Origin: Giardia intestinalis
Lineage: Eukaryota
Assembly: GCA_000002435.2 (NCBI GenBank)
Contig: CM018793.1
Length of the DNA: 64,000 nucleotides
Reading direction: 5' to 3' (one strand)
This document shows, one piece after another, positions 56,663-64,000 of the stretch (its first letter is position 1; every line of letters begins with the position of its first letter). Both the position numbers and the translations under genes were made by a program. The notes beneath the pieces were generated by a model that was given only the letters and a program-made list of their open reading frames with translations, was not told the origin of the DNA and ran no database searches.

Positions 56663-58336
56663 TCAATACTTAGGAGACCACTGGGTATCCCTCAGCTGGG
56701 CTAGCAGCTCAGTGTCAGAGGACGGAAGTATGCGACGGGACTGTCCCTGCTTTTCGGCGATACGGATAAGTCCAAGGGCGCACTGGCACGAAATCTCGCG
56801 GATTTCATCCAAATCTGGAAGAAGCTCGCCTCTGCGGAGCTTTTCTTCTGGGACCATTTGCGCTAGAGCCCCAGAAACCCCGGTAATCATCTCGTCAGTG
56901 ATCTTCTTTGCCCTACAGACATATGCCCCCAAGCCGATCCCTGGGAAGACATAGAAGTTGTTGCACTGCGCAGGCTGGATTGTGGTACCGTTCGGAAGTG
57001 TGAGGCTCGGCATAGGGCTGCCAGATGCATAGTATGCAGTGTTGTTGGTGTACTCCATGCACTCTGCAAAAGTGCACTCACACTTCTCAGTAGGGTTAGA
57101 AAGCGCAAGAACGATTGGCGGCTGGCCAGTTGGGAGGCCCTCACACATTGTCTCAAGAATCTCACGTGTGAAGGATTTCCCCACTGTCGAGAGCCCTAGA
57201 AGGCACGTGGGCTTGACTGCCTTGATGACACTCAGCAAAGTTGTGTGGCCCTTGATAGAAAGGTCGTGACGCACATACGGAAGCTTATGTCCGGGCATAG
57301 TCCCATTCACAAAGTCATCTCTATCTGCTGTCAGCAACCCCTGGGAATCTATCACGTAGAACTGCTTGCGGGCCTGTTCAAGCGTGTATCCCTCACTTAC
57401 CGAGAGAGACGCTATGTTATCTGCGACACCAATTCCGCCGGCTCCAGCACCGAACATAACATACACCTGTTCTGACGCTTTGGCTGTCCTATTCATCTTC
57501 AGAGAAATAGCACGGAGTCCTGCAGCAATGGTGGCTGCAGCAATACAGCCTGTGCCCTGAATATCGTCGTTGAACACAGGGCCAGCATCGCGGTGCTTCT
57601 TTAGCAGTGTAAAGGCAGTGTCATTAGAGAAATCTTCGAATTGGAAGATGCAGTCTGGCCACTTGGAGTGCACGGCCTCAATCGTCTCCTTGATTATCCC
57701 GTAGTACGTGTCGTCCTTGTTCCGCTTCTCTGGGATGCCGAGATAATGAGGATCTTCTCTGATCTTGTCCGTGTTACACCCAAAGTCAAAGGAAATCGGC
57801 AGTGTATGCTCCGGTGCAAATCCCCCGCCCAATGAATAGAGGGTAAGCTTCCCGACACAAATCTGGTGGCCACCCGTTCCCAAATCTCCTAACCCAAGAA
57901 TGCGTGTTCCATCGGTCGCAACGATGATGCGTGGGCTATAGGGCCATTGGTCAAAGATCTGCTTGACTTTGCCGAGATGGGTGCGGTTCAGATAGAAGCC
58001 GCGAGGATAGCCCTGCCAGAGAAGTGAGTAGTTGGAGCAGGCAGTGCCCACTGTAGGGGTGTAGACGATGGGGAGAACCTCCTTCAGATACTTCAAACAA
58101 AATCCAGAGAAAAGGGTTTCATTAACCTCCTGAAGACGGGTCAAGTAGAGCCACTTTTCGGTGGGCGTGGTGAGAACATCAAATTGTGCGCGGCATCTGC
58201 TGATTTGCTGCTCAATCGTCTCCACTCTTGCTGGAAGGCGCGCAACAATGTGGTGAGCCTCTCGCTCTGCAGCAGTGAAGGCAGTATCCTTATTGCAGTC
58301 CTTGTTGCGCAGCACAGTGGAAATAGTTATGGGCAT
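56663..58336 (-). CDS. Malic enzyme (NADP-dependent malate dehydrogenase, decarboxylating)
   Basis: Family motifs VYTPTVGTAC, GLGDLGTGG, FEDFSNDTAF and FNDDIQGTG. Ala/Gly-rich Rossmann segment. AGTGAAT motif about 22 nt downstream of the stop on the coding strand. Confidence 0.9.
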   Translation of the reverse strand: MPITISTVLRNKDCNKDTAFTAAEREAHHIVARLPARVETIEQQISRCRAQFDVLTTPTEKWLYLTRLQEVNETLFSGFCLKYLKEVLPIVYTPTVGTACSNYSLLWQGYPRGFYLNRTHLGKVKQIFDQWPYSPRIIVATDGTRILGLGDLGTGGHQICVGKLTLYSLGGGFAPEHTLPISFDFGCNTDKIREDPHYLGIPEKRNKDDTYYGIIKETIEAVHSKWPDCIFQFEDFSNDTAFTLLKKHRDAGPVFNDDIQGTGCIAAATIAAGLRAISLKMNRTAKASEQVYVMFGAGAGGIGVADNIASLSVSEGYTLEQARKQFYVIDSQGLLTADRDDFVNGTMPGHKLPYVRHDLSIKGHTTLLSVIKAVKPTCLLGLSTVGKSFTREILETMCEGLPTGQPPIVLALSNPTEKCECTFAECMEYTNNTAYYASGSPMPSLTLPNGTTIQPAQCNNFYVFPGIGLGAYVCRAKKITDEMITGVSGALAQMVPEEKLRRGELLPDLDEIREISCQCALGLIRIAEKQGQSRRILPSSDTELLAQLRDTQWSPKY

Positions 58337-58458
58337 TTTTAAAGCTAAAAATCAAGGATCTTTCAAAATCGTTTGCACTGTTACATACTGACCTGTTGAT
58401 GTTTTGAACAGAATACCCAACAAATAAATTCACATCGGTACTCCAGATGCACATAGAC

Positions 58459-59637
58459 TTATTTGACAAAGTAGAGAGAAAAGGCAACAACCAGACCCGC
58501 GAGAGAAAACGCGTTCCCTACGATGTGCACCACAATTTGGTCCGTGACGTCTACAGGCCATGTCCTGGGCCAGCTACGGAGAGCCAAAAACATCAGAAGC
58601 GATGCATACCCTTTACGAGACGTCACAAATGGGAAATTATTAGACAAAAAGTCCACGACTCGCTGGATGTTAAAAGCGTAGAGGAGGACAGAAATAAGGA
58701 TAAAGAGATAGAATAGCAGCTCAAACCAAAAGTTTGGTGAACGCCACCCGCCTCGGCCAACCAATATTATCAAAATGTAGGCAACCAGTGTGAATGTAGC
58801 GCCTAAAATCAGCAAAAATGCCACCATCTTGGAGATATCCTCTGGGTCTGTCAGTGGACCGTATTTAGAATCAATGTGGTAGGCCTTGATGCTTTTCCCC
58901 CCGGTTCTGCTACGCTCCGCGCGGTCACCCCTGCCCCTCTCGTTCTGCAGAGAGTCACGTCTCCTACGTCTGGCTCGGCTATCATAGATCTCCGAACCAG
59001 TATGGCTGCTGTAGCTATGTTCAGCACCGCTATCTGACCGTGACCTGGAGCTAGTGTTGCTGTGCTCACTCTCATCGACGCGCCGCCTTCTGTGGTCGGC
59101 CTCGCGCTCGTGAGATCGAGTATGATTTCTGTCACGACTGCGACTGCGTTCATAATCATAATCGTGGCCGTGGTCACGATGATAGCTTCGTTCACGGTCC
59201 CTGCCCCCACTTTTAGATCTATCTCTGCGTCTATCCTCATTGTGGCTGTATGCTTGGCTGTTCGCTAAGCTTCCCGAATGACTGCTATGACGAGAGCTGT
59301 GATGGCTCGAGTAAATGCTTCGCCCGTAATCGTCGTAATCTCTGTCCCTAGATTTTGATCTTGACCTAGATCTGCTGAGTGAGACAGAATCTGCGTGGTA
59401 GTCCCTGTGACGGTTGGAGCCATAACCATCGGGCATGCTATACTGCCCATGGCTATGGTGTGTACCTCTGTGGCCTGGGCTGGGCTCAAAGGAGCGATCG
59501 GCTGGGTAACGGGTGATCCCACTTGCGTGCCTCTGTCGCCCGGCTGTCTGCGATCTTCCAGGGTGCTCACTATAGAAGTCACTTGCCGTGTGCCTCCTGT
59601 CGTATGGACTCAAGGCCCACCGTCCGCTGCTTGACAT
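58459..59637 (-). CDS. Arg/Ser/Asp/His-rich (RS-like) protein fused to a C-terminal tetraspan membrane domain; hypothetical
   Basis: About 270 aa of low-complexity SRSRSRSKSRDRDYDD...RSRSRDRNHTRSHEREADHRRRR. Then four hydrophobic helices (MVAFLLILGATFTLVAYILIILV, FWFELLFYLFILISVLLYAF, YASLLMFLALRSW, IVVHIVGNAFSLAGLVVAFSLYFV). Confidence 0.5.
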   Translation of the reverse strand: MSSSGRWALSPYDRRHTASDFYSEHPGRSQTAGRQRHASGITRYPADRSFEPSPGHRGTHHSHGQYSMPDGYGSNRHRDYHADSVSLSRSRSRSKSRDRDYDDYGRSIYSSHHSSRHSSHSGSLANSQAYSHNEDRRRDRSKSGGRDRERSYHRDHGHDYDYERSRSRDRNHTRSHEREADHRRRRVDESEHSNTSSRSRSDSGAEHSYSSHTGSEIYDSRARRRRRDSLQNERGRGDRAERSRTGGKSIKAYHIDSKYGPLTDPEDISKMVAFLLILGATFTLVAYILIILVGRGGWRSPNFWFELLFYLFILISVLLYAFNIQRVVDFLSNNFPFVTSRKGYASLLMFLALRSWPRTWPVDVTDQIVVHIVGNAFSLAGLVVAFSLYFVK

Positions 59638-59743
59638 GAGGTCGGAAGTGTTTGCTATGCCCTACTAAACTTTTGGCCATTTTTATTAAAATATTAGACA
59701 TTTAGTATGTTATCCCACAAATTTTGGCAGTCCAAAATCTCCT

Positions 59744-60229
59744 ATGGCACGCAAACCAAACGCTCGATCTACAGAGCCTGACTTGACAGAAGAGCAGAAG
59801 CACGAGATTCGGGAGGCCTTCGACCTCTTCGACTCCGATGGCTCCGGCCGAATAGACGTCAAGGAGCTCAAAGTGGCGATGAGAGCCCTTGGATTTGAAC
59901 CCAAGCGGGAGGAGTTGAAGAGAATGATCGCAGAGGTGGATACGTCTGGCTCTGGGATGATTGACCTTAACGATTTCTTCAGGATAATGACTGCCAAGAT
60001 GGCGGAGCGCGACTCGCGAGAGGAGATCCTCAAGGCTTTCAGGCTTTTTGATGAGGACGACACCGGAAAGATCTCGTTCAAAAACCTGAAAAAGGTCGCC
60101 AAGGAGCTGGGAGAGAACCTTACTGACGAGGAGATCCAGGAAATGATCGACGAGGCAGATCGCGACGGCGACGGCGAGATCAACGAGGAGGAGTTCCTCA
60201 GGATAATGCGCCGCACGTCCCTCTATTAG
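59744..60229 (+). CDS. Centrin (caltractin), four EF-hands
   Basis: EF-hand loops [36 protein letters not shown] and [12 protein letters not shown]. Typical centrin N-terminal extension and C-terminal ...LY. Confidence 0.9.
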   Translation: MARKPNARSTEPDLTEEQKHEIREAFDLFDSDGSGRIDVKELKVAMRALGFEPKREELKRMIAEVDTSGSGMIDLNDFFRIMTAKMAERDSREEILKAFRLFDEDDTGKISFKNLKKVAKELGENLTDEEIQEMIDEADRDGDGEINEEEFLRIMRRTSLY

Positions 60230-60253
60230 CTGTAAATGGTTCACTTGCACAAA

Positions 60254-62572
60254 TTAGAGGGCTAACAGCTGCGAGACCTTCACCCGCTTTCCGCAGCAGT
60301 CGCACGGGCATGTCGGCTCGTCCTCCTCAGAGCGGAAGCACTCGCGGCTTGGTGGGCGCATCGCATCGAGTTTCTCCTGGAGCTTTCGCCTGTTCTTCTC
60401 TGCAATCTGCGCCTCCATGTCCTTGAGCATCTGCTCTCTCACAGCACGCTCGTGCTCTGCACGACATCGTCTCTCGTTTGCTGCGTCCTCTAAGTCTTTG
60501 AGGTATGCAGCCATGTCGTCAGCCTCCTCTTTGGCGCGCTGAAGCTTATCACGCATCCGCTTTGCCGTAGCATCACGCAGAGCTGTGTCTCTAACGTCCT
60601 CTGCTTCCCTGCGCTTACGGGCAAGGATAGCCTCGATGTCCTCCGGTGGAAGGGCCGAGCCCATGTCATAGTAGTCCGGTATGCGAGCATTAGCAAATTC
60701 GGGAAGGTTGTACTCAGCCAGCTGACGGTCCAGAAGCTCCTTCTGCAGTCTCTTCTTAGCCTCCTCAGAGGCCTTATCAAACTCTCGCCGCAGAGCCTCC
60801 TCTTCCTGAAGAGCCTTGGCATACTCGATGTCCTCAAGGCGGCTGCGCTTCTTCTCGCTTTCCTTTGCCTGCTGCTTAGCCGTGAAGTCTCTGATAAAGT
60901 CTTGCATGCTCTGCTCGGCAGCCTCGCGTCTCTTCCTCTCAAGCTCCGGATCGTTATCGAACAAAACAGGCATCGGCTGAATGCTTCCTTCAGAGAGGTT
61001 GTGGCCAGCACGGCGCCACCGCTTGTATGCATCGTAAAGCCTGTCTGCTTGATCTTTATTGTATTCGTAGTGCGATCTGTCGCGTTCGTAAGCAGCCCGC
61101 TTCCTTGCCTCCTCCTCGCGGCGCGCCTCTTCTGCTTGGCGCAAAGCCTGCTCTGTGAACTCCTTCTTTTCACGGGCAATACGCTCTGCGTTAGCCTTAC
61201 GCTTTGCCTCCATCTCCTTCTTGGCGGCACAACTAAAGCAAATCAGTCCACGGAACGGCCTTGTAACAGAAGCGGTCGATGGGGTGCCGTGGACGCGAGA
61301 ATTAATATATGCATCCCGCGCCTTGTCCAGCTCATCGTGGAGAATCCGCTCATATACCGGGCCATACTCTAAGTGTGACCGAACAGGTGGCTTGAATGTC
61401 TTACAAAAGTCACGCGTGAACTCTTCTGCCCTTGTGCGGAAAAGTTCCTCGGCAGTTACACCTAGTGGACGGGTCCCTGAGACGGAGAGAGGAGTCTTCA
61501 CCTCTGAGGCAACGAGCTGGGTTGCAGATCGCGAGAGGGGCTTCTGTGAAACCTCAGGCACAGAGTCAGACATTGCTGGTGGAAGCATGCCAGTGTTGTC
61601 AAGCGTGACCCCCAGAGCGGGTTCCTGCATCATCGTTTCTTCGTGGACGCCTTTAGAGACGGTGCTGGCCGGTCTATCGGTGGCTCCAAAACTTCGCACA
61701 GACATACCCATGTCGTTTCTATTGGACATCAGCATGAGGAGGGTGTTCTCATCAACGCGAGGAGTCCCCGGTCTTGAGCCTTGTCGTGACTGTCTTTGGG
61801 ATGGGGGCAAAGAATCAACCCGGAATGGTGTGTTAAGACTGAACGGTTTCTGCTGCTTGTTAACTGGTCTGACTGTGCTTTCGTGATTAAGAACGTTGCC
61901 AAGAGAACCCATGGACCCCGGGCGCCCGTTGGTCAGAACGTTGTTTGCCCGCGGAGTCATTGTACGGGAAAACGGTCCCTGTGCCGCGGCCTTTGCGGTT
62001 GCGTCGTATGGTCGTGTTGTTGCCATTGTCACGTCCATCGTCTCGCTGGAATCTTTCGGTTCCGGCCACGGATGGCGATAAGTCGGCTCTCTGTGAGGTA
62101 GGGATGGATGCATGTTGAACTTGTAACACCTGGTTCGGCGGTCAAAGACCAAATTCCCAAGGCCTGGGAGCTGCAGGTTCACCCGCTGTGCCCTCACGCG
62201 TATAGCGTCGCCTAGCTCCTGGAAAACAAACTGCAGAAGGGTCTTCGCATCATGGCGGGACGCTGTGGAGAAGTCCGTGTAGCACACTTGCCTTATTGCC
62301 GAAGGAACCATATGCTCGTCTGTCTCACAGCGAATGTTGTTATTTCGCACAAAGGTCTTAGTGAACCGTGCCGTTGGTTTACCTTTCGCATTGAATGAAA
62401 AGACGGCAAACGGCGGAATGTCTGTTGAGCAGTTATCGTTATAATTGTAAACAACTTGCGCACACAGGTCGCGCCAGACCTTGGTGATTTCGTCAGCTGT
62501 TGCGGTAATGAAAGGTTTCTGCAAAACCAGCGCAACCATGTCGCTATTACCATACTCCGTAACAGTCGTCAT
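60254..62572 (-). CDS. Hypothetical protein with C-terminal Glu/Arg-rich coiled coil; N-terminal region weakly CCDC81/HU-domain-like
   Basis: N-terminal IPPFAVFSF...LQLPGLGNLVF resembles the paired HU-like modules of CCDC81. About 250 aa of ER/K-rich helix. Terminal Cys cluster CPCDCCGKRVKV. Confidence 0.45.
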   Translation of the reverse strand: MTTVTEYGNSDMVALVLQKPFITATADEITKVWRDLCAQVVYNYNDNCSTDIPPFAVFSFNAKGKPTARFTKTFVRNNNIRCETDEHMVPSAIRQVCYTDFSTASRHDAKTLLQFVFQELGDAIRVRAQRVNLQLPGLGNLVFDRRTRCYKFNMHPSLPHREPTYRHPWPEPKDSSETMDVTMATTRPYDATAKAAAQGPFSRTMTPRANNVLTNGRPGSMGSLGNVLNHESTVRPVNKQQKPFSLNTPFRVDSLPPSQRQSRQGSRPGTPRVDENTLLMLMSNRNDMGMSVRSFGATDRPASTVSKGVHEETMMQEPALGVTLDNTGMLPPAMSDSVPEVSQKPLSRSATQLVASEVKTPLSVSGTRPLGVTAEELFRTRAEEFTRDFCKTFKPPVRSHLEYGPVYERILHDELDKARDAYINSRVHGTPSTASVTRPFRGLICFSCAAKKEMEAKRKANAERIAREKKEFTEQALRQAEEARREEEARKRAAYERDRSHYEYNKDQADRLYDAYKRWRRAGHNLSEGSIQPMPVLFDNDPELERKRREAAEQSMQDFIRDFTAKQQAKESEKKRSRLEDIEYAKALQEEEALRREFDKASEEAKKRLQKELLDRQLAEYNLPEFANARIPDYYDMGSALPPEDIEAILARKRREAEDVRDTALRDATAKRMRDKLQRAKEEADDMAAYLKDLEDAANERRCRAEHERAVREQMLKDMEAQIAEKNRRKLQEKLDAMRPPSRECFRSEEDEPTCPCDCCGKRVKVSQLLAL

Positions 62573-62776
62573 TTTTTACTTTCGGAATTCTCAATGCCGC
62601 GGAATCCTGTTATTAATTTTGAAAGAACCGGGTGAGAACGCGGCACGCGGAAGTGGGTCTGGCGGCCACCAAGAGCGGGAGTTGCGCATGGTGACGGGGT
62701 GATTTACTCGGCAGAGCCTCCCAAACAGAGTTTGGTCGAAATCGATGCAAAACCCCGGGAACCTTCTCAGAAGATC

Positions 62777-63442
62777 TTAGAAGATGCGGTGAGACGGGCC
62801 CATCGTGGACTTGATGTACACGGTCTTGATGTTCTGCCACCCCTTCTTGAGTTGCGTGGCGAGGAAGTTGAGGGTCGTCATGATATTCTGAGCTATCTCG
62901 GACGCCGGCATTTTGACGTTGCCGATGGGCCAGTTTAGTCCGACAGCTTTCTTGAACTGGACCTTGATGGTGGACTTGCACTCAAGAACCTTCAGCTCCA
63001 GGTCCTCATCGGGAGCAAGGGGCAGAGGGGTGCGGCCTGCCTTCGTGAACCCTGGGCCGGCGTAAACCGTGATCTGACGGATAAGAGACTTCGACGCAAG
63101 GAAGACGTCGTAGGACTTAGCGAACTTCTTGATCTGCTTGGCGTCCTTGTTGAACTGCTGGAGATGCTCTATCTCTACGTAGTTCAGGCCAAGCTTCTTG
63201 GCACGATCGGCATCGCGAGCATCGGCAATGACGCAGAGCTTCAGGTTCTGCTTGGCTATGTGGGGAAGGACGAGGGGAAGGTTGAAGCGTGGATCCTTCT
63301 TCGGGTCGTAGCCCTTGAGTCCGACCTGCAGCTCCACCGTTTCCAGAAACTTGCGAGGCTTCTCGTTGGTGGCGCGCTCGATGATCTCCGCGATGTGCTT
63401 GTTGAGGGCTTCGGGGTTAATTCGCTGCATCGCGAACCCCAT
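62777..63442 (-). CDS. RPL10A: 60S ribosomal protein L10a (uL1)
   Basis: Conserved uL1 blocks FLETVELQVGLKGYDPKKDPRF, LCVIADA, KKLGLNYVEIEHL and KKFAKSYDVFLAS.... Confidence 0.9.
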   Translation of the reverse strand: MGFAMQRINPEALNKHIAEIIERATNEKPRKFLETVELQVGLKGYDPKKDPRFNLPLVLPHIAKQNLKLCVIADARDADRAKKLGLNYVEIEHLQQFNKDAKQIKKFAKSYDVFLASKSLIRQITVYAGPGFTKAGRTPLPLAPDEDLELKVLECKSTIKVQFKKAVGLNWPIGNVKMPASEIAQNIMTTLNFLATQLKKGWQNIKTVYIKSTMGPSHRIF

Positions 63443-63569
63443 TCTTAATGACTCAGATTCTAAATTAATATTGAAAGATTTTTATAAATCCACCTCGCTC
63501 CGTTTGAGACTTCCACCACCCACTTCTTGCGCAAGGTACGAGTGTGCATAAATAGTAGGGATCAATCTA

Positions 63570-63866
63570 GTGGCCTCAAACAGTTCTCAAGCAACACAAA
63601 TGAGCAACCCACAAGTTTGCAGGGGATACACGGGAAGCTTCGTGGGGCACGTCTGCTCTTCGTGTGAAGGAAAATGTGTCTCCTGTGAAACCTCCGAACG
63701 TGGTGCTGCTTCCTGTCGGGTGGCTCAGATTTGTCGAGTGTGCTCCCAACGCCCCCGAAGAGCATGCGTTCTGTGTGGACTTCCCGGAACTAATCTCGCG
63801 TACTATTGCGAAAGGTGTGTCATGCTAGAAAAAGATCGTGATGGTTGTCCAGTGCGCATATCATGA
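63570..63866 (+). CDS. PHF5A: PHF5A/Rds3 (SF3b 14-kDa subunit, U2 snRNP splicing factor)
   Basis: Characteristic triple zinc-knot Cys spacing [11 protein letters not shown]...[11 protein letters not shown]...[29 protein letters not shown]. Compare human [64 protein letters not shown]. Confidence 0.85.
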   Translation: [98 protein letters not shown]

Positions 63867-64000
63867 CAGCCTTTCTCTGCGTCTTTACACCTAGGCACGC
63901 TCATGCTCTGCTATATGTTAATAAATAGGGCAGACGGCATGCTTGCTTTGCAATCTGCAATCATCTTGTCTATTTGTTTGATGTAGTTATCGATAGAGAG

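Noticed and set aside
59702-60250. Two overlapping minus-strand ORFs (182 and 168 aa) opposite centrin
   Set aside because: Centrin's four EF-hands are unmistakable on the plus strand. The shadows arise from centrin's codon periodicity.
1-64000. Prokaryotic-style features (CRISPR arrays, defence islands, operons, rho-independent terminators)
   Set aside because: Gene content, multi-kb single ORFs with eukaryotic domains (ankyrin, WD40, EGF, NEK, centrin, radial spoke) and AGTRAAY motifs indicate a eukaryotic diplomonad-type genome. No direct-repeat/spacer arrays were seen.

Overview
This window is a gene-dense, intron-poor, compact eukaryotic locus with about 49% GC. About 35 protein-coding genes lie on both strands, separated by very short intergenic spacers, many of them 20-130 bp. 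The gene content points to the diplomonad Giardia intestinalis. Evidence: three high-cysteine membrane proteins (HCMP/VSP-like, CXXC-rich with one C-terminal TM); two 'protein 21.1'-type ankyrin-repeat proteins; a NEK kinase fused to ankyrin repeats; and AGTRAAY-type polyadenylation motifs right after several stop codons. Recognisable housekeeping genes are 40S ribosomal protein SA, 60S L17, 60S L10a, PNO1/Dim2, an ABCF-type twin-ABC ATPase, malic enzyme, a DHHC palmitoyltransferase, centrin, and splicing factor PHF5A/Rds3. Mixed among them are cytoskeleton/flagellum-type genes: a radial-spoke-head family protein with a long acidic insert, a 2690-aa WD40 plus coiled-coil giant, a TOG/HEAT-repeat protein, and a possible CCDC81-like protein next to centrin. 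Many large lineage-specific hypothetical proteins are also present. I found no rRNA, tRNA, CRISPR array, prokaryotic defence system or clear transposon. Reading without tools, the most useful observations are an unlisted gene running off the left edge of the window, an RS-rich tetraspan membrane protein, the HCMP cluster (one member with a cysteine-free insert), two overlapping gene-start conflicts, and a few unusually long ORF-free spacers. Most other ORFs in the six-frame track are antisense shadows of real genes.
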